Assembly: GCA_039630085.1 (NCBI GenBank)
Contig: JBCNVM010000011.1
Location: 1-37,252 of the forward strand
Source of the DNA: Candidatus Caldarchaeales archaeon
Lineage (GTDB): Archaea > Thermoproteota > Nitrososphaeria_A > Caldarchaeales > Calditenuaceae
Length of the DNA stretch: 37,252 nt
Direction of reading: 5' to 3'
How positions within the stretch are numbered: the stretch's first letter is position 1; each line of letters begins with the position of its first letter. Made by a program: the position numbers and the translations under genes. Shown here piece by piece: positions 16,617-25,845 of this stretch. The notes beneath the pieces are model-generated. The model was not told the origin of the DNA. It saw only the letters and a program-made list of their open reading frames with translations, and did not search any database.

Positions 16617-17960
16617 TCAGAACCTGCCCTTAGAGAGGGTCCTCGCGGCGACTATCAGCGGGTGCCAGACTGGAGCCGTGGCCGGCATGTAGCCGATGTC
16701 GGAGAAGAAGACGTCCTCGACGCTCATCCCCCTCTCGACAATCACGGCGGCCAAGTCGGCGTACGCGGCGACGACGGGGTCCTTCCCAGCGACCTGAACG
16801 CCCAGCACCCTGCCCGAGCTCCGCTCCGCGACCATCTTCACCGTGACCTCAACCCCTCCGGGGAAGTATCCGGCCTTGGTCCTCGCGACGATCGTCGTGC
16901 TCTCGACGTCGAGGCCGTTCCGCGCGGCCTCCTCCTGACCGAGCCCCGTCCTCGCCAGATAGAGGTCCCTGAACCTCGTGACCGCTGTCCCCACTATCCC
17001 CCTCATCCTCAGCGAGCCCCGGGAGACTGCGTTCGCTCCCGCGACCTGACCCTCCTTGTTCGCCGCTGGGGCCAGCGGAATCCAGACCTTCTTCCTCAGG
17101 ACGAGGTGGAACTTCTCGACGAGGTCTCCGGCCGCGAAGACGCCGTCCACGTTCGTCATCATCGTGTCGTCGGTCGCGACGGCGCCCGTCTGGCCGAGCT
17201 TGACCCCCGCTTTGAGGGCGAGGTCGACGTTAGGCCTCACGCCTATTCCGACCACGACGTCGTCGAACTCCTGCTCGCCCCCGTCGGTCCCCACGACCAC
17301 CTTCCCGCCCCTCCTCGAGAGGTGCCTCACCGGCTCCGAGAGGCGGACCTGCACCCCCGCGCCCTTCATCGCGTCCTCGAGCAGCCTCGAGACCTCGGGG
17401 TCGAAGGGCCCCGGAAGGAGCCTGTCCGCCATCTCGAAGAGGGTGACCTCTTTCCCTAGGTCGACCAGCGCCTCGGCCAGCTCGACGCCGATGTAGCCCC
17501 CTCCGATCACCGCGACCCTCCTCGCGCCTCCCAGCCTCGCCGAGGCCGCAGGGACCTCCTCCGGGTGCCTGAAGGTGAGGGGCCTCGCGTCCTCGACTCC
17601 CTCGACCTTCGGGACGACGGGCCTCGCTCCGGTCGCGAGCACCAGCGCGTCCCACCCTACCCTCCGGACGCTCCCGTTCCTCCTGACGGTGACCGTCCGG
17701 CCGTCGACGTCGACGTCCTCCGCGACCGCGTTGGTCAGCACCTCGATCCTCCTCTCCGACGCGAACCTCTCCGGGGAGTAGGTCCTGAGCATCCTGTAGG
17801 ACGGGACCAGACCGCTCAGCGCGTAGGGTATCCCGCAGGGCGCGTGCGTTATCATCCCCGTCGCCTCGACCAGCGTCACCTCTGCGTCCGGCGCCAGCCT
17901 CCTCGCCCTCGCGGCCGCCGAAGCGCCGGCCGCGCCCCCGCCTATCACGACGATCCTCAC
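16617..17960 (-). CDS. cdr: CoA-disulfide reductase / CoA-dependent NAD(P)H sulfur oxidoreductase family flavoprotein
   Basis: GGGAAG, redox Cys in HAPCGIPY, GGGYIG, FAAGD and C-terminal GYMPATAPVWHPLIVAAR, resembling Thermococcales CoADR/NSR. Confidence 0.85.
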   Translation of the reverse strand: MRIVVIGGGAAGASAAARARRLAPDAEVTLVEATGMITHAPCGIPYALSGLVPSYRMLRTYSPERFASERRIEVLTNAVAEDVDVDGRTVTVRRNGSVRRVGWDALVLATGARPVVPKVEGVEDARPLTFRHPEEVPAASARLGGARRVAVIGGGYIGVELAEALVDLGKEVTLFEMADRLLPGPFDPEVSRLLEDAMKGAGVQVRLSEPVRHLSRRGGKVVVGTDGGEQEFDDVVVGIGVRPNVDLALKAGVKLGQTGAVATDDTMMTNVDGVFAAGDLVEKFHLVLRKKVWIPLAPAANKEGQVAGANAVSRGSLRMRGIVGTAVTRFRDLYLARTGLGQEEAARNGLDVESTTIVARTKAGYFPGGVEVTVKMVAERSSGRVLGVQVAGKDPVVAAYADLAAVIVERGMSVEDVFFSDIGYMPATAPVWHPLIVAARTLSKGRF

Positions 17961-18020
17961 GCCCGCTACTTCGCCCTAGTCCATATTATGTCCTCGCCCG
18001 TCTCCCTAAGTGGACAGGTC

Positions 18021-19043
18021 TTGCTCTGGCTGGTGGGTCTCGGGCTCGGCTCGAAGGGGTGCGTCACGGAGGAGGCCTGGAGGGCGATGAAGGGGGCTGA
18101 CGCGGTCTACCTGGACACCTACACCAGCTTCGTCGAGGAGGAACTGCTCGATGCGGTCAGGCGGGAGGTGGGCGACAGGCTCGTGATGGCCGACAGGCGC
18201 GCGCTTGAAGACCGCTCGAGGGAGCTCGTCTCGAGGGGCGCGACGGAAGACGTGGTCGTTGCGGTGCCTGGGGATCCCCTGATGGCTACCACCCATTCGT
18301 CCCTGATCGTCGAGGCCGCGAGGTCTGGAGTTCCCTGGAAGGTCGTGCACGGCGTCTCGATATTCAGCGCTGCCGTTTCGAGGGCCGGGCTCTCGCCGTA
18401 CAAGTTCGGACGGACGGTCACTGTTCCCCGGGACGCAGAGGAGGATGTCCTGAGGGGGACCTGGAGGACGATCGCCGTCAACTCGGCCTCGGGGCTCCAC
18501 ACGATGCTCCTGCTCGACACGGCGGGCGGAGGGCTCACCGCGGGCGAGGCGTCCGAGATGCTGCTCGGCAGCGGGGCGAGGGCAGAGGTCGACGAGGCCC
18601 TCAGGGACCCGCTGGTCGTCTACTGCGCGAGGGTCGGGATGCGGGGCGAGAGGGTGGGCGCGGCGAGGCTCAGCTCCCTGACGTCGATCGACCTGCCACC
18701 TCCTCCCCACGTGCTGCTCGTTCCGTCGAGGCTGGGACCGGGCGAGAGGGACTTCGCGAGGCACGTCCTGAAGTCCGACGATGAGCCCGCGACGGTCAGG
18801 AGCCCGGTCCACGTCAGGGCCGCGAGGTACGTCGCGAAGGCAAGGTCCGCCCTCTCGAGGCTGGAGGTCCTCGTCGACTCGGAGGAGGTGAGGAGGGCGC
18901 TGGACCACGCGGCTGACTACGTCTCGGACGCCGAGAGCTTCCTCAACTCGGGAAGGGAGGAGGACGCGCTGGTAGCGGTCTCCTACGCGGAGGGGATATT
19001 AGACGCTCTAAGGCTGCTGGGTGCGGTGAGGTTCGAGTGGTGA
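18021..19043 (+). CDS. dph5: Diphthine synthase fused to a C-terminal DUF357 domain
   Basis: Start moved to TTG 18021 (MLWLVGLGL). Motifs YLDTYTS, GDPLMATTH, YKFGRTVT and HTMLLLD; DUF357-like tail ALVAVSYAEGILDALR. Confidence 0.92.
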   Translation: MLWLVGLGLGSKGCVTEEAWRAMKGADAVYLDTYTSFVEEELLDAVRREVGDRLVMADRRALEDRSRELVSRGATEDVVVAVPGDPLMATTHSSLIVEAARSGVPWKVVHGVSIFSAAVSRAGLSPYKFGRTVTVPRDAEEDVLRGTWRTIAVNSASGLHTMLLLDTAGGGLTAGEASEMLLGSGARAEVDEALRDPLVVYCARVGMRGERVGAARLSSLTSIDLPPPPHVLLVPSRLGPGERDFARHVLKSDDEPATVRSPVHVRAARYVAKARSALSRLEVLVDSEEVRRALDHAADYVSDAESFLNSGREEDALVAVSYAEGILDALRLLGAVRFEW

Positions 19044-19501
19044 GGGCCCGCACTGTCCTGACGACCGGCGCCTTCGAGATCGTCCACCCCGGACACGTCT
19101 TCCTTCTGAGGCACGCCAGGAGGCTCGCCGGCCGGAGGGGCAAGGTAGTGGTGGTGCTGGCCTCCGACGCCACGATCAGGCAGAGGAAGGGCAGGGAGCC
19201 TGTGATGAGCGAACGGGAGCGGCTCGAGGTCCTCTCGAGCCTGAGGTACGTCGACAGGGTCATCGTCGGGTACACTCCGATCAACTTCGAGAAGGTCCTG
19301 AGGCGCGTCAGGCCGGATGTCGTCCTCTTCGGTTACGACCAGACTGCGATCGAGCAGGAGTTCAGGAGGTTCTGCGAGGAGAGGGGGGTGAGTGTGAAGA
19401 TCGCGAGGGCACCGCGGGCGCCCTACACCCCGAACCTCAGCACCACCCTGATCCTCGCCAGAGCCAACAGGAACCAGTCGGGCGGCGAGCAGTTCAAATA
19501 G
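19040..19501 (+). CDS. ribL: FAD synthase (archaeal cytidylyltransferase family)
   Basis: GAFEIVHPGH, VVLASD, ERLEVL..LRYVD, PDVVLFGYDQ and STT; GTGA overlap with dph5. Confidence 0.85.
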   Translation: MRARTVLTTGAFEIVHPGHVFLLRHARRLAGRRGKVVVVLASDATIRQRKGREPVMSERERLEVLSSLRYVDRVIVGYTPINFEKVLRRVRPDVVLFGYDQTAIEQEFRRFCEERGVSVKIARAPRAPYTPNLSTTLILARANRNQSGGEQFK

Positions 19502-19525
19502 GGAGTTTCGGGCAGGTGACGAGGA

Positions 19526-19927
19526 ATGTCTCAGAAGGTGAGCGCGCCGAGGCTGGTGCTGTCGGACCCGGCTACCGGGACCGCTAAGACCATCCAGCTG
19601 ACGCCGCAGCAGTTCGTCGTCTTCAGGGGGAAGAAGATAGGCGACGTGATCGACGGAGGGCCCCTCGGGCTCGGAGACGTGAAGATCAGGATTACCGGTG
19701 GGAGCGACCTCGCGGGGTTCCCGATGAGGGGGGACGTCAGCGGCACCAGGCTCGCGAGGGTCCTGCTCACCAAGGGCGTCGGTTTCAAGGCCAGGAGGAA
19801 GCCTCCTTCGAAAAGGAAGAAGCGGAGGAACAGGAGGACCGTGGAGGGCCTCAGGAAGAGGGTCTCGGTGAGGGGGAACTCGATCGGCGACGCGATCGTC
19901 CAGATCAACGCGGTCGTGGTGAGGTGA
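19526..19927 (+). CDS. rps6e: 30S ribosomal protein S6e
   Basis: Motifs SDPATG, ITGGSDLAGFPM, GLRKRVSVRGN and QINAVVV. Confidence 0.97.
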   Translation: MSQKVSAPRLVLSDPATGTAKTIQLTPQQFVVFRGKKIGDVIDGGPLGLGDVKIRITGGSDLAGFPMRGDVSGTRLARVLLTKGVGFKARRKPPSKRKKRRNRRTVEGLRKRVSVRGNSIGDAIVQINAVVVR

Positions 19928-19931
19928 CCCC

Positions 19932-20243
19932 ATGTCGAAGGTCGGCGGTATCAGGGTCCTCGAGAGGAAAAGGAACGAGCTGCTCAGGAGGACCGAGTAC
20001 GTCGTCGAGGTGGACAACGCGGACGGCGGGACCGTCAGCAGGTCTCAGGCGAGGAGCCTTCTGACAACAGCCCTCGACGCCAAGTCCGAGAACCTGATCG
20101 TGGTGAAGGTCTGGACTCCCGCGGGCAGGGACGCCTCCAGGATAGTCGCGAGGGTCTACGACGACAGGGAGACACTGATGAGGGTCGAGCCGAAGCACCT
20201 CCTGATCAGGGACGGGTTCCTCGAGAGGCCGAAGAGGGGCTGA
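19932..20243 (+). CDS. rps24e: 30S ribosomal protein S24e
   Basis: Motifs NELLRRTE, TVSR, ARVY and EPKHLLIR. Confidence 0.9.
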   Translation: MSKVGGIRVLERKRNELLRRTEYVVEVDNADGGTVSRSQARSLLTTALDAKSENLIVVKVWTPAGRDASRIVARVYDDRETLMRVEPKHLLIRDGFLERPKRG

Positions 20244-20244
20244 C

Positions 20245-21315
20245 TCAGGCCCTAACGATCTCACCGCCGCTAGCCTTCCTGAGCCTGTTCATGATCGCCA
20301 GCCCCAGTCCCCTCTCCTCGACGCCCTCCGCGATTATGACATCGACGCCCGTCTCGTCGAGCTCCCTGATCGAGGAGAAGAGCGACTTCGCGACCGCCCT
20401 CAGGTCCGAGGACGGGCCCAGGTCGAGCGTGACCGCCCCTTCGTAGCGTCTGCCGTCGGTCGCCAGGACACCGACCCGCAGGCCCCTCGAGCTGTACTCC
20501 TCCACCAGCTCCTCAACCTTCGACCTGACATCACTTGGCCTCCCCTCGACGAGCACCATCCTCGCCCTCGGCGCGTAGTGCCTGTACTTCATCCCCGGCG
20601 ACCTCGGCCTCGACGGCGCCCGCGCCAGCCCCCTAGCCCAATCGGGGACCTTGACCCTCCCGATGACGCGCTCGACATCCTCGACCGGCAGGCCGCCCGG
20701 CCTAAGCACCTCCGGAGGTTCGACCGTTACGTCGATGACCGTCGACTCGACGCCTATCTCGGTCGGGCCGCCGTCGAGGACCATCTCGATCAGCCCTCCG
20801 AGGTCCCTCATCACGTGGTCAGCTGTCGTGGGGCTCGGCGAGCCGGACCTGTTGGCGCTCGGAGCGGCGATCGGCGTGCCGGAGGCCCTGATCAGCTCGA
20901 GGGACACGGGGTGGTCGGGCATCCTCACCGCGACCGTGTCGAGGCCCGCTGACGTCACGGCTGGGACGAGCTCGGTCCTCCTCAGCACCAGCGTGAGGGG
21001 GCCGGGCCAGAACTCCCTGATCAACCGCTCAGCGACCGGCGGAACCTTGGAGGCCAGCAGGTGGACGCTCTCGGGGTCCGCGACGTGGACTATCAACGGG
21101 TTGTCGGGGGGCCTTCCCTTCGCCTCGAAGACCCTCGCGACCGCGTCGGGGTTCAGCGCGTCGGCTCCCAGTCCGTAGACGGTCTCGGTCGGGAAGGCCA
21201 CGAGTCCTCCGGACCTGATCACCCGGGCCGCCTCCTCGATCGCCTCCCTCTCCGGCCGTCTCGGGTCCACCTTGACCCTCTTGGTGGCGACGGAGCGCAG
21301 ACGCCTATTCCTCAT
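20245..21315 (-). CDS. sua5: L-threonylcarbamoyladenylate synthase Sua5
   Basis: Motifs VAFPTETVYGLGA, KGRPPDNPLIVH, AAPSANRSG, PGMKYRHYAP and AIMNRLRKAS. Confidence 0.97.
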   Translation of the reverse strand: MRNRRLRSVATKRVKVDPRRPEREAIEEAARVIRSGGLVAFPTETVYGLGADALNPDAVARVFEAKGRPPDNPLIVHVADPESVHLLASKVPPVAERLIREFWPGPLTLVLRRTELVPAVTSAGLDTVAVRMPDHPVSLELIRASGTPIAAPSANRSGSPSPTTADHVMRDLGGLIEMVLDGGPTEIGVESTVIDVTVEPPEVLRPGGLPVEDVERVIGRVKVPDWARGLARAPSRPRSPGMKYRHYAPRARMVLVEGRPSDVRSKVEELVEEYSSRGLRVGVLATDGRRYEGAVTLDLGPSSDLRAVAKSLFSSIRELDETGVDVIIAEGVEERGLGLAIMNRLRKASGGEIVRA

Positions 21316-21791
21316 GGGACCAGCACCACGGGGACCGGCGACCTCCTCGCGACGCTCTCGGCGACGTGTCCCAGCCTCCCGGGCCTCCTCTCGCCGGCTC
21401 CGAGCACGACCGCAACGCAGCCCCGCTTCACCTCCGAGAGGATCCTCGAGACGACGTCGCCCGAGCCGCTCAACGGGATGTAGGCAGCCCTGACGCCCGT
21501 CGCCCTGCTCTGCTCGAGGAGCTCCATGACGATCTCGTTCAGGGCGAGCAGGTCGCGCCTCAGGGCCGAGTCCGGCACCGTGACCGCCGATTGGATACCG
21601 GCCTCGACAGCGGAGGGCTTCACGAGCTGGTCCAGCGGCGACCCCACGAGCTGGGCCGGCATCACCGCCACGACCCTCAGCTCCACCCCGAGCTGCTTGG
21701 CGAGCCTGAGCGCTAACCTCCCCGCCCTCCGCGACTGCTCCGACGGCGACACCGCCACCAGCAGGTACTCAGCCTCCACCGACCTGACCAC
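21312..21791 (-). CDS. Universal stress protein (UspA family)
   Basis: LLVAVSPSEQSRRA, VVLGA and LGHVAESVARRSPVPVVLVP; start uncertain (21779-21821). Confidence 0.85.
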   Translation of the reverse strand: MVRSVEAEYLLVAVSPSEQSRRAGRLALRLAKQLGVELRVVAVMPAQLVGSPLDQLVKPSAVEAGIQSAVTVPDSALRRDLLALNEIVMELLEQSRATGVRAAYIPLSGSGDVVSRILSEVKRGCVAVVLGAGERRPGRLGHVAESVARRSPVPVVLVP

Positions 21792-22992
21792 CCCTCCTGA
21801 GCCGGAGGTGAAGCGCCCCAAAGACGACCCTTCCGACCGAGGATAATAGGTAGACTGCTATCAGCGCCCCCGCTAAATCGGTGGACGGTCTGATGGCCTC
21901 CACGAGGAGCCCTCCAGTCATCGACCCCATGAAGCTCCCGACGCCATGGGCGAGGTTCGCAAGGGCCGTGAGGGTCGCCCTGTTCTCGGGACTCACGACC
22001 GCCAGCAGGTAAAGCGTCGAGAGGGTGTTGTTCAGCGAGATCATCGCGCCCGTCAGCAGGTTGATCCCGACGATGTAGGGGGGCGAGGGGAGGAAGCCGT
22101 AGACCAGCGGGACCACCGCGAACGAGCACCTCGTGGCCGCGAGCACCGTCACGGCGGAGGGGAGGTCTAGGTTCGCCCTGGCCAGGAGCGTCAGCGTGAC
22201 GAGGGAGGAGACGTCGCTGAGGACGTTCATCATCGCGATCGTGAACACGTCGAGCCTAGCGACCTCTGCGATCGTGATGGTGAAGAGCGGCCAGGCGATC
22301 GACATGAAGAAAATGTAGCTCGTGTTGACGGCGAGGTAAGCGACGTAGGGCGAGTTCGTGGTGAACGTGAGCAGGGGCTCGAGGGCCTTGTTAGGCCTGG
22401 GCACCTCCTTGAACGGGAGCATCACGAGTCCCGAGACCGCCTCGGCCGCCATCGCGATCGCGAACCCCACCTCGTAACCGTTGAGGCCGGCGAGCTGCGA
22501 GAGTCCGACCGTTATCGTCGCGGAGGCCGCACCGACCGTCCCCCAGATCTGGGTCCTTGTGACCAAGGCCTGCCTCTCCTCGGGTTCGGAGATGTCCGCG
22601 AGCAGGGCGGTGGAGGTCGGGGTGGTCATCGAGAGCGCCACGAACCTCAGGGCCATGATCAGGACGAACTGCTCTGGCGACCTCGTCAGCATCGCGGGAA
22701 TCCAAGTGGCCGCCGCGAGGAGGCTTCCCGCGACCATCCAAGGGACCCGCCTGCCCGATGCGTCGGAGAGCCTGCCCCAGAGGGTCTGGACGGCGCTGGT
22801 GAAGAGGTTCATGGTGGCGTGGAGGGTGGCGATCGTGACCGGCGAGGCTCCCAGCGTCGCGGCGTAGACGGCTATGAAGGGCTGCGAGGCTCCAAGCGCG
22901 AGCGACGAGGAGATGGACCTGGCGTAGAGCAGCCTCAGACCCCGGCCTGTGTTTCCGGAGGGCGCGTCGACCCGCGAGCTCAACCGTCGCAC
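21769..22992 (-). CDS. MFS transporter
   Basis: Motif A WGRLSDASGRR; about 12 TM helices. Confidence 0.9.
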   Translation of the reverse strand: MRRLSSRVDAPSGNTGRGLRLLYARSISSSLALGASQPFIAVYAATLGASPVTIATLHATMNLFTSAVQTLWGRLSDASGRRVPWMVAGSLLAAATWIPAMLTRSPEQFVLIMALRFVALSMTTPTSTALLADISEPEERQALVTRTQIWGTVGAASATITVGLSQLAGLNGYEVGFAIAMAAEAVSGLVMLPFKEVPRPNKALEPLLTFTTNSPYVAYLAVNTSYIFFMSIAWPLFTITIAEVARLDVFTIAMMNVLSDVSSLVTLTLLARANLDLPSAVTVLAATRCSFAVVPLVYGFLPSPPYIVGINLLTGAMISLNNTLSTLYLLAVVSPENRATLTALANLAHGVGSFMGSMTGGLLVEAIRPSTDLAGALIAVYLLSSVGRVVFGALHLRLRRGGQVGGG

Positions 22993-23039
22993 GTCGCAGC
23001 AGCCGAGATATAGATCGGAGGCTCGGGACGGGCCGAGGC

Positions 23040-23756
23040 TTGACCGGACTTGGACCGGTGTGGAGGAGCGTCGAGGAGGCCCTCGCTGAGATCGCGGACG
23101 TCTACGACCGCGTCAACAGGTTCCTCTCGCTCGGGAACGACCTCTCCCTCAGGGTCAGGGGCCTCAGGGAGGTCTCGATCGGAGACGCGAGGAGGGTGCT
23201 GGACGCCGGCGCGGGTCCCGGGACGCTCTCGAAGCTGGTCCTCAGGGAGAACGGCAGGGCCGACCTCATCGCTCTGGAGCCCCTCTGGGCGATGTGCGAG
23301 AGGGCCAAGCGGATAGTGTCCTACAGGTTCTCCCTCGTCCGGGGCGTCTTCGAGAACGCTCCCTTCAGGGACGGGGTCTTCGACCGAGTGGTCACTAGCT
23401 TCGCGATCAGGGACGCGATCGACTTGGACGCCGCCCTCTCCGAGCTCCACAGGGTCATGAAGGCGGGTGCGAGGCTGATGATCTGCGACATCACCAAGCC
23501 GGACTTCAGGCCCTTGAGGGTCCTCTTCGCGGTCTACTGGTTCACCGTCGCGCCCCTCCTCGGGACGCTGGCTGCAGGCGCGAAGGGCCTCAGGGTCTGG
23601 TTCATCTACCCGACCTACGTCAGGTGGCCGAGCGTGAGGGAGCTCAGGTCACACGTCGCGAGGCGCTTCGAGGTCCTCAGCTTCAGGTGGGCGATATTCA
23701 GGGGCGCGTTCTCTCTGGTCGCTCAGAAGGCCGTCCCGGACCAGACGAGCAGGTAG
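23040..23756 (+). CDS. Class I SAM-dependent methyltransferase, UbiE/MenG-like
   Basis: IADVYDRVNRFLSLG, VLDAGAGPG, PFRDGVFD and FAIRD. Confidence 0.85.
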   Translation: MTGLGPVWRSVEEALAEIADVYDRVNRFLSLGNDLSLRVRGLREVSIGDARRVLDAGAGPGTLSKLVLRENGRADLIALEPLWAMCERAKRIVSYRFSLVRGVFENAPFRDGVFDRVVTSFAIRDAIDLDAALSELHRVMKAGARLMICDITKPDFRPLRVLFAVYWFTVAPLLGTLAAGAKGLRVWFIYPTYVRWPSVRELRSHVARRFEVLSFRWAIFRGAFSLVAQKAVPDQTSR

Positions 23757-24652
23757 ACGGCGTAGAGGGCGGCTATCGCCCCCGACAGCCGGACTCTCCC
23801 CGTCGAGATGCACGCGATCAGCGCCGCCGCCCCCGCGACGTAAACCGGGACCACGCTCAAGCCCCGTAACGTCGGTGCGATGCCCGTGAACAGGAGGCCC
23901 GCGCCGAAGACGAAGGTCGCCTGGATCGCGTTCTCGCCGGCCAGCAGCGAGGCGGCCGCGTCGCCCTTCCCCTCGACGGCCCAGTAGAAGGCCACGATCA
24001 CCTCCTCCATGCACGTCGCCAACGGCGAGAGGAGCATCGTCACCGCGAAGGGGTCCACGGTTACGGAGACAGTCGAGATGAAGTGATCCGCGCCGAGCGT
24101 CATCGAGAGCACGCCGGCGAGGGCCTGCGCGAAGGCGACCGGGATGCTCCTGACCCCCAGCAGCCTCTCGATGACAGCAAGCTCCCTTCCCTCCATCGGC
24201 TCGCCCTCCTCCGAAGCGATCCTCCTGGCCACGGGGACGTATGCGGCCACGTATGCGAGCCCCGCGATCCTCACGGCCCACCCGTCCAAGAAAATGGTGA
24301 CCGGGAGCAGGGAGGCTCCTATGGCGAACGCGGCGTAGAGCGGGACTATCTGGCCGGGGCTCACCTTCGCAGCACCCGAGGCCGCCAGCACCGGGAACCC
24401 CAGCAGCAGCGTGATCGATGGAGCCGCGAGGACGCTCGCGAGGCCCACCTCTCCCCGAACGCCGTCTCCCGAGAGGGACGCGACCAGCGCGATGAAGGTC
24501 TCCGGGAGGGCCGTGAGGGCCGCAGCCAAGAGGGCTCCGGTCGCGTGGCGGGTGAGCCCCAGCCTCTGCCCCAACGCCTCGACCGCGTCGACGAACGCGA
24601 AGGTCCCGAAGAGCATCAGGGCGACCGTGCCCGCCAGATGGAACGCGTCCAT
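23723..24652 (-). CDS. Cation:calcium exchanger (CaCA/YrbG-like) family membrane protein
   Basis: Start ATG 24652; alpha-repeat-like motifs TALPET and ATCMEE...GENAIQ; multiple TM helices. Confidence 0.8.
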   Translation of the reverse strand: MDAFHLAGTVALMLFGTFAFVDAVEALGQRLGLTRHATGALLAAALTALPETFIALVASLSGDGVRGEVGLASVLAAPSITLLLGFPVLAASGAAKVSPGQIVPLYAAFAIGASLLPVTIFLDGWAVRIAGLAYVAAYVPVARRIASEEGEPMEGRELAVIERLLGVRSIPVAFAQALAGVLSMTLGADHFISTVSVTVDPFAVTMLLSPLATCMEEVIVAFYWAVEGKGDAAASLLAGENAIQATFVFGAGLLFTGIAPTLRGLSVVPVYVAGAAALIACISTGRVRLSGAIAALYAVYLLVWSGTAF

Positions 24653-24759
24653 CCGACCGTCACTGAAGCCCACGCGTAATAACGTGTTCCCTGAGCGCAC
24701 GCGATGAGTCGGCAAGTCGGCGCGAGACGGTTTTAGTCCCGGAGCGAACGGACGCAGAC

Positions 24760-25176
24760 GTGCCACCCAGGCCCCGCGACAGGTCTAGCAGGAGGTACAG
24801 GCGCAGGATCGGCTACGAGGGCGAGTACCAGCTGATCAGGTCCTTCATCGAGAGGGGCAAGCCGGGCTACTACGCGATCAGGACTCCGGGGAGCGGCACG
24901 GGCAAGACGACCCTCAAGCCCGACGTCCTCGCGGTCGACGGCGGAGAGCTCTTCGCGATCGAGGTCAAGTCGACTAACGGCGACGAGGTCCACGTCCCGA
25001 GGGAGCAGGTCGAGAGGCTCTTGGAGTTCACGAAAGTGTTCGTCGTCAGGTGTCCGTCCTGCGGCCTCGCGATCAGGCCGAAACCGGTCATCGCGGTGCG
25101 GTTCCTCGGGAGGGGATGGGTCCTGAGGGAGGTCGACGAGCGGACGGGCTCGATCGTCATCAGGGCCAGCGGATGA
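24760..25176 (+). CDS. hjc: Archaeal Holliday junction resolvase (Hjc family)
   Basis: GYEGEYQL, RTPGSG, PDVLA, IEVKST PD-(D/E)XK motif and AVRF. Confidence 0.88.
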   Translation: MPPRPRDRSSRRYRRRIGYEGEYQLIRSFIERGKPGYYAIRTPGSGTGKTTLKPDVLAVDGGELFAIEVKSTNGDEVHVPREQVERLLEFTKVFVVRCPSCGLAIRPKPVIAVRFLGRGWVLREVDERTGSIVIRASG

Positions 25177-25275
25177 GGTCGGTCAGGGCACCGTGTGGGC
25201 ATCCGGGCCGAGAGACCGGCACTCGACCCAAGGGTTATCAGGTTTAATTGGTCGGAGTTCACCGGAGACCGGCAG

Positions 25276-25767
25276 ATGGGCGACCCGAAACGGCCGAGGA
25301 AGACGTACGAGACGCCCAGGCACCCTTGGAAGGCCGACAGGCTGACGGACGAGCTTAGACTGGTGGGCGAGTACGGGCTGAGGAACAAGAGGGAGCTCTG
25401 GAAGGCTCAGGCGGTCCTCCGGAAGTACAGGAAGATCGCTAGGTCGCTCTTCGTCCTGACGGGCGAGGAGAGGATGAGGAGGGAGTCGGAGCTGATCAGG
25501 ACGCTGGCGAAGTACGGGCTGGTCTCGGAGAACGCGACCGCGGACGACGTCCTCAAGCTCACGGTCAGGGACATACTTGAGAGGAGGCTTCAGACGATCG
25601 TCTACAGGATGGGCCTCGCCAGAACTGTTTACCACGCTAGGCAGCTCATAATCCACGGACACGTCGCAATGGGGGATCAGGTGGTCAGGGTCCCGGGTCG
25701 TCTGGTCGAGAAGGGCGAGGAGGGCTCGATAAGGCTCCTGCTGGCCCCGAAGGCCGCTCAGGCCTGA
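25276..25767 (+). CDS. rps4: 30S ribosomal protein S4
   Basis: Start ATG 25276 MGDPKRPRKTYETPRHPW; YGLRNKRELW, LERRLQT and ARQLIIHGH; own TATA TTTAAT at 25243-25248. Confidence 0.97.
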   Translation: MGDPKRPRKTYETPRHPWKADRLTDELRLVGEYGLRNKRELWKAQAVLRKYRKIARSLFVLTGEERMRRESELIRTLAKYGLVSENATADDVLKLTVRDILERRLQTIVYRMGLARTVYHARQLIIHGHVAMGDQVVRVPGRLVEKGEEGSIRLLLAPKAAQA

Positions 25768-25845
25768 ACGACGCGCCGATCAGACTAAACGACTTTGAGC
25801 CTCTGAAGTCGAGCGTCATCGGTGGTCGATGCTAGGTGGCATAAC

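Noticed and set aside
17565-18020. N-terminal extension of the 492-aa ORF suggesting a larger Dph5 fusion
   Set aside because: It is antisense to the CoADR gene. Dph5 homology starts at TTG 18021, downstream of a TATA-like element at ~17983-17989.
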